Shown here: positions 1 through 14,560 of the stretch, in pieces
How the letters are laid out: each line of letters opens with the position of its first letter
Position numbering within the stretch: the stretch's first letter is position 1
Origin: Eledone cirrhosa
Lineage: Eukaryota
NCBI GenBank assembly: GCA_964016885.1
Contig: OZ024742.1
Span: 300,142,001-300,206,000, forward strand
Direction of reading: 5' to 3'
Length of the DNA: 64,000 nt
Translations under genes and position numbers: made by a program
Notes under the pieces: generated by a model
Told to the model about the DNA's origin: nothing
Database searches by the model: none
Seen by the model: the letters and a program-made list of their open reading frames with translations, nothing else

Positions 1-70
1 ATATATACATATACATATATATACATATATACATATATACATATACATATATATATATACATATATATAC

Positions 71-3000
71 ATCATCATCATCATTATCACCGTTTTACGT
101 CCGTTCATCCACGCTAGCATGGGTTAGACGGGTTATCCTGTTGTGGGCAGTGTCTGGTCAGCTGACCATGCCTTGCTCATACAGGAACTGATTTGGCTTG
201 ATTTCTACAGCTGGATGCCCTTCCTAACACCAACCTCATTTACAGTGAGTGCTGGGTGCTTTTTCGTGGCGCCTACACGTCCACTTTACAGTGTGGGCTG
301 GGTGCTTTTTTGCCGTGGCACCTCCATGACCACCTTGCAGTGGGGGGCGGGGGGGGGGGCATATTGTCTATATGTTTCAGCTTGTATGGGAGGTCGAGTA
401 CTCTGTATTACTGCGTGACGCGAGAGGTCACGGTCGTGTGTCATCGCCTTTGAGAGGTGTAATTGGGTAAGGTCGGCTTTTAGCACCTCATCCCAGGTGA
501 TCTTGGGTCTCCCCACTCCGCGGTTTCCATTGACTTCTAGTGCTCTGCACCTTTTTATGCAGCTGTCATCCTTCATACGCATCACATGTCCATACCAACG
601 CAACTGCCTCTCCTGCACACATCATTTGATTCTTCTTATGCTCAGTCTATCTCTCAATTCAATTATGCTTTGCCGTTCTCGTATATTACTATTACACATC
701 CATCGGAGCATGCAGGCTTCGTTTCTCTCTAATCTACGTAAGTCTTCCACCTTCAGCGCTCAGGTCTTACTACCATGCAACATCGCTGTTCAGATACACG
801 CATCATACAGTCTGCCTTTCATTTTGAGGGAGAAGCCTTTTGCAGCTAGCAGTGGTAGTAGTTCCCTAAACTGCTTCCATCCCGTTCTTACCCTAGTTAT
901 TGTACTTTCTGAACACCCACCTCTGCTGCTAATTCGGTCACCTAGGTAGCAGAAGCTGTCTAGTGTTTCTACAGAGCCCTCCCAGAGATTGGTGGTACTT
1001 GTTTCCTGTGGCTGTTTGTTGCTTGCTGTCCCAGCACAGCTGCTGCATGTGAAGCCTACATTCTTAATTAAGCTTCCTGAGATCCCGCTATATCTCTTGT
1101 GTACTCATTGTTTGCATTTGGGGCAGAGAATGGAGTTCCTACCTACACCTTTCCTACATACTGAGCAAGGCCATTTCCCTGAGGGGATCTGGGTTCTGTT
1201 TTCTCGTCTACTTACAAGGACCTTAGTCTTTGTCATGTTGACTTTGAGACCCTTTCTTTCTAGTCCCTGCTTCGAGGTTTGGAATTTCTTCTCTAGTTCT
1301 ACCATAGATTCAGCTATAAGTGCGAGGTCATCAGCATACAGGAGTTCCCATGGGCATCCGGTCTTAAACTCCTCCGTTATTGCCTGCAGGACTATGATGA
1401 ACAGGAGGGGGCTAAGAATAGAGCCCTGGTGGACCCCAACCTGTACGCTAAATTCCTCGCTATACTCATTGCTAATCCTAACTTTGTTGACTGCTCCCCT
1501 ATACATGGCTTGTACCACTTTCACAAGCCATTCATCTACTCCTAGTTTTCTAAGAGCCCACCAGATTACAGCACGTGGAACTCTGTCAAAGGCTTTCTCA
1601 AGATGGAGAAATGTCAGGTAGAGTGGTTTACTTTTAGCTAGGTACTTTTCCTGTAACTGCCTGACAAGGAAGAGGGCATCAGTGGTGCCTCTTCCTGGTA
1701 CAAACCCAAATTGCATCTCGTCTAGTTTCACCCGGTCCCTAATCAACTGTGCTATAACTTTTTCTGTTACTTTCATGACCTGGTCCATCAGCTTTATACC
1801 TCTATAGTTTCCTCTATCTAGTGCATCACCTTTACCTTTGTAGCAGTTGACAATGATGCTACTGCACCAATCTTTTGGTATGACACCTTCTAGTATTACC
1901 TGGTTAAAAATACGTGTGGTTATAGTGTGACCTACAGACCCAGATGCCTTCAGCATCTCGGCAGCTATACCCGATGGACCGGTTGCCTTCCCCATCTTCA
2001 TATCTTTGATTGCCTTACTTACTACGCTGCTGCTGACTTGTACTGCTGGCCCCTCTATAGGGTCTACTTGAGGTAGGGTCTCTTCTTCCCATGCATTCTC
2101 CTCATTTAGTAATCTATCATAATGACTCTTCCATGCATCTTTCTTCTCAGCACTTGTGAGGGCAAGCTCACCTTTATCATTCCGGATACACTTCTCTCCA
2201 ATGACATCACAGTTCTCTCTGACACACTGCCTCGCAATCTTGAACACCTCCTGTTTCTGGTCCTCACGTTGCAAAACATGCTTGTATTTTCTATCCTCTG
2301 CTTCCCTCCTAGCTAAGTATACTTGTCGCCTAGCTTCCCTCTTGGTCTCTATGTAATGTACCCTGCTCCCTCCGTTCTTCCATTCTTTCCATGCCTGTCT
2401 CTTGGCCTTAACTGCCTCATCTACCTTATTGTTCCACCACCAAGTCACTCTCCTCCTGCTTGTGGTCTTACTCCAGCCACAGACCTCATCCGTCGCCTCT
2501 AGTAAGTTAATTTTTAGGAACTCCCAGTTCTCTTCTACATTGAACGTCTCTATCTGTTCTTCTTTACTGTCGTAGGCGTTGAGTAAAATATCTTTAAATC
2601 TGTTACTGGTTGAGGGGTCTTTCAGCTTCCAGATCTTTCTTCTCCAGGTTGGCTTCTGTTTCCAGGTTCGTCTAGTTCTGACTGTGAGGTCGCTGACAAC
2701 TAAGCTATGTTAGGATGTACATTCCTCACTAGGGAAGGCTTTTGTGTTTATGACCGTCCATTTGTCACGTCCTCTGATGAGGATAAAATCTATCTGACTA
2801 GAATGCTCCCCTGATCTATGGGTGATCAGGTGGTTGTCGGGTTTTTTGAAGTTTGTGTTACATATCGACATGTCATTGGTGTCGCAGAATTCTAGAAGTC
2901 TGAATCCTTCCTCATTTCTTGTGCCAACCCCATGGCCTCCATGGACTCTATTGAAGCCGTCGCAGTGTTTACCTACGTGTCCGTTAAAATCTCCTGCAAT

Positions 3001-3893
3001 TATTAGGAAGTCATTGTTGTTTGTTAGAGCAGTAGTGTGCATTAGGGACTCGTAAAACCTATCCTTAAGTTCGTCTGGCAACCCCGATTGGGGTGCGTAA
3101 GCTGATATTATTGTGGTAATTGTTTTATTCAGGACTAGTCTGAGTTTAATGATTCTTGCATTTACCCTGTACACTGAGATTACTTTATCTACCCACTTGT
3201 CAGCTAGTAGTATACCTACACCACCCATCCCATCGTCATTTCCCACCCAGAAAAATTTGTAGCTCCGACTTTTTCCTACAAGGACTCTAGCAGACTCTCC
3301 TCTCCATCTAGTCTCTTGCACACAGCATACATCAATTTCCTTTCGCTCTAGCATTTCTACGATTTCTCCTGCTCTTCCTTTCATTGTGCTTACATTGATG
3401 GTACCACTCGGAGTTTTGGGCATTTGTCGACACTCGTAGGGAAGGGTCTCTGGATTGGCGCTTCACATGGGTGCTTGGTAGCTCGCGGATTCATATTTCA
3501 TCTATTAATTCAGAGTTGCTCAAATTTATTCTCAGCTCATCCATCCATAACGGTAGGAAAATTCAGGGCTAGAAGAACAGTGGTGGTGGAATAATGGCAG
3601 GGTGTGTTGGGCTGGGACAGGGGAGGAGAGAGTTAGTTAGGTAGTAGTAGCAGAAGAAATGGCATGCTGAGGTTTGATTGGTCGGATAGGCTATGGTGGT
3701 GGGAGGGAAATTGTGAGGTAGAGAGAGGGTCGCCGTCAAGATGGATGACTGGAACGAAGCTAAATCAACTCTAGTGATTCATTTTAGCCTTTCAGAATAG
3801 AGTGTCTTATCTCTTCAATAGCTTCAAGATGAGTGAGGTGGAATGGGTGAAGAGGTAATGGGTGGCTTAGAGATAGATAGAGAGAGGGTAGCC

Positions 3894-3927
<34 letters not shown>

Positions 3928-3930
3928 GTC
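71..3930 (-). mobile_element. Near full-length, degenerate RTE-clade LINE (family A): 5' leader, APE endonuclease, RT, PHD-like finger, 3' UTR, (GAT)n tail
   Basis: ORF 2710-3423 has APE motifs (CCVQETRW, SAYAP, GDFNGHVG, IDFIL); ORF 1105-2448 has RT motifs (QFGFVPGRGTTDA, GVHQGS, LLYADD); ORF 286-618 has the RTE C-terminus (LRWYGHVMR, RGVGRPK); (CAT)n at 71-90 abuts a TA array. Several stops and frameshifts. Confidence 0.93.
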
Positions 3931-3973
3931 GCCGCATGGCAAAGTAGCCGAATACATCAACAATAATATTAAT

Positions 3974-6900
3974 GATTTCATTTATTAGCCACCAGGGCCG
4001 ACATGTAGGGGACAGTACAAAGACAGGGACAGTGGGGGTTTACAATAAGGTGGAGTAAAAGTGCACAATGGCAAGACTAATTTAACAATGAAAATATAAA
4101 AATATAAAATAAATTATGCATAAATATAACAAAATAAATTCCCCGATAGGGGTGTACGACTCTGAGGTGCTTCAGGTACCCCACCAATCCTGAACCACCC
4201 TGCGCTTCTAGGGCACCCAGGGAGAGCACCCCTCTCCTCAAGTTAGCCAGCCTATATGCGCATGGTCAGAGTAGGCCCACTCACACGAGCCATTCTCGCC
4301 ACATTCACCCACCTTTTAGCAAATGTACTGGGGGGCAGAACTTCTCTCTACCCTCACCTTCCTTTCCAGGTGAAACTTGAAGAAGTTGATGAGGGATTGG
4401 CCGAAGAGAAAAGTGTCTGTCTTTAGTCCTTTCAACCTGGTCCACCATATAATCTCTTTCGCAACTGCCACCAGACAGAGGAAAATTTCCTGCTCTTCCT
4501 GACCCAAGGAAGGCGGTGGATCGATCTTCACTATGGACTCGGCCGATAGCCGGATTCGTTCCACACGCGACAGTAGCTGTTCGACATAACTCCACAAGTC
4601 AGTAATTCACGGACATTGGACAAGTGCGTGCAGAACGGTTTCGTCGTTCTGTGCGCATCTTGGGCAGGTCCGTCTGACAGCATTTCCGTGCCTGTAGAGT
4701 TTATCCCGAACCGGCAGTGCACCCCGGTAGCACTGCCAAGCGAGGGATTTCTGGAAATTGTCCATCGTCCCCGGCTCGAAAGTCCTCCGGTACAGACTGG
4801 TCAGTTCGACTTCGTCGAGGCCCAAAGCTTCTCCGAGTGCGTCATCACACTTGCCCACCACTAATCCTCTATAGAACTCGAGAGTGGAAGTTCCACTGAT
4901 CGCATTGCCCGCTTGGTAGAGGGCAGTGAGTGCCTGGCAACATTCCAGGTGCCAGTCACCCAGTCTCGGTCTCTTCTTGACCCAGGACTGCAGCTCAGTC
5001 AAAGAAATGAGCTGCGGAAAGGCCCGTCTGATAAACAGCGACCACACCTGTTCACCGTTGAGGCAGAATATCTGGAGATATCGCAGCCTCAACGCATATC
5101 TGTGCATCATTAGCCACGGCATGCCCAGCCCTCCGCCTCACCAACGGAACTTGTCCCCTCCACAAGAATTTGAAGAGGAGCCGTTCCAGCTTGACGAGGC
5201 GCGGACGGAGGCAAGGCACGACGGTCAGGCAGTAGTAGATGACGGACGCGATGTACGCATTCGCCACCTCCGCGCGACCTTTCAGTGATAGCTTCCTCCC
5301 AGCCCATTTTTGGGTGAGACTGGCTACTCTGCTCATTACCTCGTCCCAATTCTTTTCCACCTGGAGGTCTGGTCCGAACTAAACTCCGAGCAACTTTACC
5401 GGTCCGTCCGTCCAGCGCCCCACAACGCTGTTGGACGGCATGGGCTTGCCTCTCCAGGTTCCGAGCTGCAAGCCCACCGACTTTTCCGGGTTAAGTTTGG
5501 CTCCTGTCAACCTTTCATATTCCTTCAATAAGGTGCCGACCACCTCGATTTCTGAGGTGTTCGACACCATCACGGTGATGTCGTCTGCATAAGCCGACAC
5601 CGCCCTTCCATGTCACGGTTCGAGCGGGATGCCCTGCAACAGCTCCAGCTTCTGCAGTAAAGGCTCGAGAGTCAATACGTACAGAAGGGAAGAGAGAGGG
5701 CACCCTTGACGGACCGATCGGGAGAGTCGAAATGGTTCCGAGAGGTGGCCATTAACCTTGACCACCGAGCATGTGTCGCTGTGCATTGCAACGATCCAGC
5801 TTCTAAAGACAGGGCCGAAGCCAGCTGCTTTGAGGACAAACTCCAGATACCGATGGTCGACCCTATCGAATGCTTTCGATTGATCTAAATTGATCAGTGC
5901 CCCACCGAAGCCAGGTTTACACCCTACCCTCTCTATGATGTATCGCATGAGGTGGAGATTGTCGTGTATGGACCTGGCTGGGATTGCGCAAGTTTGCGCC
6001 TCCTCAACCAAATCCTCGACGACAAGCGCCAATCTCTTTGCTAACACCTTGGCCAAAATCTTAAACTCTGTGTTGAGCAGAGTTATGGGCCTGAAGTTGT
6101 CTAATGTATCCCTCTTGTTCTCGTCTTTCCTTATCAGCGTCACCACTCCCCTGCTCACAGAACTGGGAATACTCCCATTCTGCTGCCAGTTGCAGTAGAG
6201 TGCTTCGAGGAGTTCGGAGAACAAGTCTGGCATATTTACGTAAAGCTCGTAGGGCCGGCCATCCAAACCGGGTGACTTGCGCCTCATGCAGCCGACAAGG
6301 GCGTCCTGAATTTCGGCTGAAGTAATCGGCCTTTCGCAGCGCTCAGCGTCGACCGTCGAGATGCGCAGCAAGCCGTCAAGGTAGGGACTGAAATCCGCTA
6401 CTCTCTCTGACTCGCCACTCTCTCTCTGAACAACCGAGCAAATTGCTGGCGAAAGGCCTCACACATCCGCTTGGAATCGCTTATCTCGTGTCCGTCTCGG
6501 TCCGCCAACGACCGAATTGTTGTTTTATTACCACGCTGCGCCTCCGCCACGCGGGCCCATCGAACAGCTTTAGTTCCGTCGTTTCTCAGCGCACGCGCCT
6601 TAGCTCTGACAATGCAACCTTCGTGTTTGGCATTGAAGAAATGGTCTAATGCCATTCTCGCCGCTAGCACGTCAGTTGCGATGCCACTACAAATAGCCTC
6701 GTCTAACTTATCTACCAGCTCCCCCTCCTTTCTATTTTTCTCTAACGCTAGTTCTTTGCTGAACTCTATCGAAGTTACTCTAATCTCTCTTTTGAGAGCC
6801 ACCCACCATCTGTTGTTGATGATCCCCCCTGTCAACTTTTGCTTAACTAAATTGTTGACTCGGTCCCTGTAAGCCTTACGTGCCGGAAATGACATGTTCA

Positions 6901-7944
6901 GCTTCCAGTAACCCGGTCCTAACCTACGCGTTTTATTTAGGTCGACCGTACAGATCACAAATTTGTGATCTGAATAGGCGACCGTTTTAAAAAGTGGACA
7001 GCCCACACTATTTCTATCTATTTTCCTAATGAAGATCCTGTCTATATACGATCTAGATGACTCCATTTGGTTGGTCCATGTCCATACTGGCACATTGGAG
7101 AAATCTAGTCGATACCTGTCAGACAGTTGGAACTGGCTGAGTAGGTGCTTGAGGCTTTTGCACCCCCCGCTCCTATCGGCTACTCCCACACAATCCCAGC
7201 GTGCGTCTAAGATGCCATTCCAGTCCCCCGCTAACAGTAAAGGGCAAGACGTACCCAGAAAGGTCTCCAGGCGCCTAAAGAAGTCCGGTTGTCCGGCCCC
7301 TGTAGGGGCGTAGACGGCCAGCAGTCTAAAGGCACCACCTTCGCTACTGCTCACATCCAAGACCACCAACTTACCGTCCGGGTCCCGGAAGATCGACCTT
7401 ACCTCGAGATCCAGTCCTTTCCTAAACAGCACTGCCCCCCCCCCCATTCCCGGCCTGCTAACAGATGCGAAGATCTGATAGTCGTCGAAAATGGGGGCTA
7501 GTGCGCGCGTGTCGGAAATTCTGGTCTCGCTTACGGCAATCACATCCATTTCCAGCGACCGGAGGTCGTTGAGTAGGCGACCCTGCTTCCAGGCTGACCC
7601 CAGGCCGCGAACATTTACACTTCCTACTCTTAATATGGCCATATTGGTAAGCTAAGAGAGAGAGAGGGGGAAGGTTTACTTACCTCCCGGGTCTTGTGAA
7701 GGTCGGGTGGTTCGATCTCCATGGTTGGTGGGGTTTCTTTTGGGAACCACTTTAAAAGTCTTGATGTGGGTTTCACATTCGGGGTTCCCACGTCTTGAGG
7801 AAAGCTCTCTCGAATTTCTTTGAAGGAATTGAGTGACATTCGGACCAGAAGCAAATCTTCTGGCACGCAAAATGTGCTCATTTCAAAAATCTCCCCCTCT
7901 GTTTGAATGTCCTCGCTTCGCGCTAAGAGGGCTATCAGTTTATC
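3974..7944 (-). mobile_element. Tx1/L1-clade LINE, degenerate: 3' end of ORF1, ORF2 (APE-RT-zinc-binding C-terminus), 3' UTR
   Basis: ORF 6398-7642 APE (SVNVRG, AVSETR, GDWN, YIDRIF, SDH, GPGYWKLN); 5613-6371 RT (KSPGLDG, NFRPITLLN, DQSKAFDRV, VRQGCPLS); 5379-5600 AYADD; 4607-5122 CPRC..ETVLHALVQC; ORF 7630-7953 overlaps the ORF2 start; AATAAA-like signal at the 3' end. Confidence 0.92.
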
Positions 7945-7972
7945 GTTGCTCAAATTTATTCTCAGCTCATCC

Positions 7973-8770
7973 TGTACACTGGGATTACTTTATCTACCCA
8001 CTTGTCAGCTAGTAGTATACCTACACCACCCATCCCATCGTCATTTCCCACCCAGAAAAATTTGTAGCACCGACTTTTTCCTACAAGGACTCTAGCAGAC
8101 TCTCCTCTCCACCTAGTCTCTTGCACACAACATACATCAATTTCCTTTCGCTCTAGCATTTCTACGATTTCTCCTGCTCTTCCTTTCATTGTGCTTACAT
8201 TGATGGTACCACTCGGAGTTTTGGGCATTTGTCGACACTCGTAGGGAAGGGTCTCTGGATTGGCGCTTCACATGGGTGCTTGGTAGCTCGCGAATTCATA
8301 TTTCATCTATTAATTCAGAGTTGCTCAAATTTATTCTCAGCTCATCCATCCATAACGGTAGGAAAATTCAGGGCTAGAAGAACAGTGGTGGTGGAATAAT
8401 GGCAGGGTGTGTTGGGCTGGGACAGGGGAGGAGAGAGTTCGTTAGGTAGTAGTAGCAGAAGAAATGGCATGCTGAGGTTTGATTGGTCGGATAGGCTATG
8501 GTGGTGGGAGGGAAATTGTGAGGTTGAGAGAGGGTCGCCGTCAAGATGGATGACTGGAACGAAGCTAAATCAACTTTAGTGATTCATTTTAGCCTTTCAG
8601 AATAGAGTGTCTTATCTCTTCAATAGCTTCAAGATGAGTGAGGTGGAATGGGTGAAGAGGTAATGGGTGGCTTAGAGATAGATAGAGAGAGGGTAGCCAT
8701 CATAGAGAGAGAGAGAGAGAGAGGGTCGCCGCATGGCAAAGTAGCCGAATACATCAACAATAATATTAAT
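7973..8770 (-). repeat. Direct duplicate of RTE family A 5' region (matches about 3168-3973)
   Basis: ORF 7962-8228 repeats MPKTPSGTINVSTMKGRAGEIV of ORF 2710-3423; the leader is near-identical through ...gccgaatacatcaacaataatattaat. Confidence 0.92.
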
Positions 8771-9162
8771 AATTGTTTCTACTTTTGGCACAAGGCCAGC
8801 AATTATCCCAGTGTATTACTGGTACTTTATTTTATCGACCCCGTAAGGATGAAAGGCAAAGTTAACCTCGACGGGATTTGAACTCAGACCATAAAGGGCC
8901 GTAACTCTATACTGCAAAGCAAGGTGTCCAACTCTCTACCAATACTGCCAATTCACCATCCTTAATATTAATAATTGTTTCTACTTTTAGCACAAGGCCA
9001 GCAATTACCCAGTGTATTACTGGTACTTTATTTTATCGACCCCATAAGGATGAAAGGCAAAGTTAACCACGGCGGGATTTGAACTCAGAATGGCAAGGGC
9101 CATAACTCCATGCGTTAAAGCATGGCGTCCGACCCTCTACCGATACTGCCAATCCACCGCCC
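8770..9162 (-). mobile_element. Two tandem tRNA-derived SINE copies (about 8770-8962 and 8970-9162)
   Basis: Minus strand has A-box-like TGGCAGTAT(C/T)GG, B box GAGTTCAAATCC, core CTTTGCCTTTCATCCTTA(C/T)GGGGTCGATAAAAT and an AT-rich tail; resembles octopus SINEs (recalled, not searched). Confidence 0.82.
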
Positions 9163-9273
9163 TTAATATTAATAATAATAGCCAGTCATGGCCTTTGATG
9201 GAAAAATAGACAGAGACAGAGTCAACATGGTAGGAGAATAACAAAGTAAATGTGAATGTGTGGTGGTAGCTGA

Positions 9274-9631
9274 GATACTTTCATACCGCATGGCAAAGTA
9301 GCCGATAGAATACATCAACAATAATATTAATAATTGTTTCTACTTTAGGCACAAGGCCAGCAAAAACCCAGTGCATTACTGGTACTTTACTTTATCGACC
9401 CCGTAAGGATGAAAGGCAAAGTCAACCTCGGCGGGATTTGAACTCAGATCGTAAAGGGTGAGTTCAAATCCCGCCGAGGTTGACTTTGCCTTTCATCCTT
9501 ACGGGGTCGATAAAATAAAGTACCAGTAATGTACTGGGTAATTGCTGGCCTTGTGCCTAAAGTAGAAACAATTATTAATATTATTGTTGATGTATTCTAT
9601 CGGCTACTTTGCCATGCGGTATGAAGGTATC
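9274..9631. repeat. Fold-back inverted repeat made of two truncated SINE copies head to head
   Basis: Arms of about 170 bp (gatactttcataccgc...tttgaactca / tgagttcaaa...gcggtatgaaggtatc) with a roughly 11-nt spacer. Confidence 0.9.
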
Positions 9632-9796
9632 ATGGCCTGTAGCCTTTGATGGAAAAATAGACAGACATATACATATATATACATATATATATATATACTT
9701 ATATATATATATACGTTATTCCGGGTTGAATCGGAGGTAACCACAGTAAGTAAGGTACTCAATACATAGCAGAGTATAACAGTTTTAATATAGATG

Positions 9797-9847
9797 AGAT
9801 TCTACGGGACTAGAACTGTTTCATTCATTTGAAATCATCAGGAATCT
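9797..9847 (-). ncRNA. Type I hammerhead ribozyme (inverted copy, one stem III mismatch)
   Basis: Reverse complement reads agattc-CTGATGA-tttcaaatgaat-GAAAC-agttctagtccc-GTA-gaatct. Confidence 0.7.
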
Positions 9848-10084
9848 GGGTATCAAAAAATAAATGGTAGGCCATCCGGAACCTGTTTATAGAATTCTGT
9901 CTGCCCTTGTTACTCTAAAAACATAAATAAATAAAAATAAAAATAAAAATAAACTATAGCTTTGTAGAATTAGCTTTTAATGAATTCCCTTTCCTATCAA
10001 CCAATGACCTGCACCCATCCCACTCCCCACCCTCTCCTACCACTTGTAGAGACCTATAAATACCATATTTATTTTTTGATACCC

Positions 10085-10135
10085 AGATTCCTGATGATTT
10101 CAAATGAATGAAACAGTTCTAGTCCTGTAGAATCT
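10085..10135 (+). ncRNA. Type I hammerhead ribozyme
   Basis: agattc-CTGATGA-t ttc aaat gaa t-GAA-ACAG ttctagtc CTGT-A-gaatct; stem I agattc/gaatct, GUA cleavage triplet. Confidence 0.82.
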
Positions 10136-10147
10136 CATCTATATTAA

Positions 10148-10520
<373 letters not shown>

Positions 10521-10720
10521 TGTAGATAAATCTACCAAGAGTTTACGGTAGTGTCCAATCCGTATGAAGAACTCAATGTAATCCGGATATCATGGAAAGA
10601 AGAGATGCAATGAAAAATCACTTTCGGTGAAAGATAAACGGAATACAGAGTCAAGATAAAATATAAAAAAAAAATAATGAATAAAACAATGAAACAGTTC
10701 CTTATATTAAACAAAAAAAG

Positions 10721-10875
10721 TTCATTATTTAACGATCGTTTCTAGGATATATATGTGTTAGAATTGGCATGCATATTCAACAGATCTATGTACAAAATTA
10801 TACAAAATTATACAAACTATCAAAATTAAATATACATACCAAACACATATATATGCCGTCTTCAGAAATAATGAA
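10721..10875 (-). ncRNA. Hammerhead ribozyme with a stem II domain of about 116 nt
   Basis: Reverse complement of 16424-16578; sense orientation relative to the PLE. Confidence 0.72.
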
Positions 10876-11449
10876 ATATATTTATTGATAATAACAACAA
10901 TTCAAAATTTCAGGTCCGTTTGGGAACAGAGTTCAAATTGACCAATGAAAATACAAAAAGTTTATGCAGCTAGGTGTGTGTATATACATGTAATTAACTT
11001 CGTACACAGATATGCATAAAGATATATGTTCACATGCATACGCATGCCAAAAATTCAAGGCTAATGTCTCTGTAAGTTTATAATCTACAGATAAAATGCG
11101 TATAGACACATAAATATAAAATAAATGTATACACACATTCATATACTCACACATATTCGTACACTCACACACACACGCGCGTATATGCATAAACATACAC
11201 ATAACTACGAACATACATACACACACACACACCCACACACATATGTATGTGTATATAGTATTATCATAAGCATATGGACATTAATGCACGCACATAAACA
11301 CTGCCACACATATTTAGATCCAGATACAGAAATTAGGTGGGAGGGGGGGAGAGGTCAGTATTCAACGGTGTCGGCAGACTGCCTATTTATAAATATATCT
11401 ATAAACTTAGAAATAAAAAGAAAAGAAAAAGAAAAAAGAAATATATCAA

Positions 11450-11501
11450 GAAAATATATATATATATACACACACATACACACACACACACACACATATA
11501 C

Positions 11502-11533
<32 letters not shown>

Positions 11534-11892
11534 ATATACACATATATACACACATATATACACACACATATATATATACATATACATACACATACATATA
11601 TATATACAAACAAGTAAAATATAAAATATACATCGATATACATACATATAGACATATAAATAAATACACACACATACACACACATACATATACATACATA
11701 TACATACACATATATACAAACACATACATACACATACATATACATACACATACCATATAAATACACATACACATACACACACGCATACATATAGAGACAC
11801 ATACATATACACATATAAATACATAGACACATACACACATAACACACATATATATATATATATATATTTTTACACATATATACACATACACG

Positions 11893-11959
<67 letters not shown>

Positions 11960-12020
11960 TCACAACACACGTATATATATATACACACACATACATATAC
12001 ACATATATACATATATATAC

Positions 12021-12077
<57 letters not shown>

Positions 12078-12219
12078 TACATATACACACACATACATAT
12101 ATACACACACACACCTACACATACATACACATACACATATATAAAGATATATATACACACACACACACACATATAATAAATATATATATATATATATACA
12201 TACATATATATATATATAC

Positions 12220-12270
<51 letters not shown>

Positions 12271-12622
12271 CACACATACACACATACATACATACACACA
12301 CACATACATACACACACATACATACTCATACATAGACATAGATATATACTCACACACACATACGCACTTACATATACGCATATATACAAATACATACACA
12401 TCCATATATGCGTATATACATACAAACACCACTACACGCTCACACAACTCAGACATACAAAGAAAAAGGTATATACATACACATATATACACATATAAAT
12501 AGAGATACATATACATATATATATATACATATATATATATACACACGTACACACATAAACACACATACATACACATACATACACATACATACACACATAC
12601 ATATATATATACACACACACAA

Positions 12623-12709
<87 letters not shown>

Positions 12710-13420
12710 CACATATATATATATACATATGCACACACATACATACATACATACATACACATACACATACATATATATAAAAAAATAAAGAAATAAGATA
12801 AATAAAAAAATAAATAAATTAATACACACAGTCAGACAAATATGCACACACATACATATACATATATATATACATATATACACACACATATATACACACA
12901 CACATATACATATATATACACATACATACACATACACATATATATAAATACATATACACACATCAACTACAAATATATAATATATATATATATATATATA
13001 TACATATATATATACATATTTTCATATATATATATATATATTATAATAATAAATAATATATATATATATATATAGACATACATATATATACACACACACT
13101 CACATATATATGCGCACATACGTACACATATACACATACACACATATACACATAGACATATACATGTGCATACATGTACATACACACATATACCCACATA
13201 GATACAAAGATACACATATATATAGAGAGACATACATATACACACACATATATACACACACATATATACACATATATATATATATACACATATATATATA
13301 TATATATACACACAATCATACACCCTTATTTGCATGCGCATATATGTATTTTTATACTCACATATAAACACCCAAACATACATACCTACCTACATATACA
13401 TACATACATACACGCTTACA
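11450..13420. repeat. Mixed (CA/TA)n microsatellite tract
   Basis: Direct reading. Confidence 0.95.
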
Positions 13421-13584
13421 AATACAAATAATAATAGTAGGGGGGAGGGGGGGGATTATAGTAAATATATGTTTCAAGAAACATAGAATATTAATCTGCA
13501 TTTAGATCACAATATGTGTTTACATAGTTTCAGTATTAGGAAATGCAAGAAAGAAGGCAAAACTATGCATTTCAATATAAGTAT

Positions 13585-14560
13585 ACCATTAATTATAGGT
13601 TAACTAAACTAAAGATAGTTAATATATTGATTTCTAAGGTGTAAATTACTTAGGTTTATAATATTTGAAGCAGAATTTTGAAGTTAAATAGTAGTAGAGT
13701 ATTAATTATAGTATAACTAAATTAAAATTATTAACGTTATGGTATCAATATTAGGAAATGAATTTAGTAATAGGGAAAAAACAAATAAAGTATTACATCG
13801 GTCGTAGAATATAAATTATAGGTTAACTAAATTAAAAATTATATATTAATTTCTATAGTATATGTTAATTAGGTATATAATAATTAAAACAGATATTGTA
13901 TTTTATCAATAGTAGAATATAATTATAGGTAAACAGAAATTAAAATTAATACATACACATATACATATACATATATATATATACACATATATATATATAT
14001 ATACACATACATATATATACATACATATACATATTTTTTCAAAAATTGCAAAGAATATATTAACTAGGTATACATCCAAAACCTATCTCATTCTATGATT
14101 ACATGACACTCTGCAATCCATCTGTATTAGGATACTATTTTTAAGCCAATTAAATTAAATTTTTAGGTTGACCAAATTTAAAACCAAATTATAAATATAT
14201 TTCTAAAATGTACATTAATTAGGTCTATAATACTAAAAATTATTTCTCTGTCATTGAATACACGATATTTTGTTATATTTTATCTGTAAAGGAATTTTAA
14301 TAAAGGGTTAAATAAATTAAAATTAATCTATAAATTAAATTACTAAGTATATATTAGTAATATTTAAAGGTTTTTCACAATTTATGATTACACAATATTT
14401 TATAATCTCATCTGTAGTAGAATTTTAATTAAATTAAATTTATAGGTTAACTAACATTTAAATTAAATTATATATTAATTTCTAAAATAATGTTATTAAT
14501 TAGGTTTATAATATTTAAATGTTTTTCTTAGTTTATGATTACACGATATAATTAATTCCT
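13585..14560. repeat. Degenerate AT-rich tandem repeats around the PLE stop codon
   Basis: Recurring aattataggttaactaa..attaa..att..tatatt.atttcta...ttaggt.tataata near 13590, 13813, 14155 and 14435. Confidence 0.65.

Noticed and set aside
8770-9631. tRNA genes or a CRISPR-like array
   Set aside because: No cloverleaf; long A-B box spacing and a SINE core and tail; no unique spacers or cas genes.
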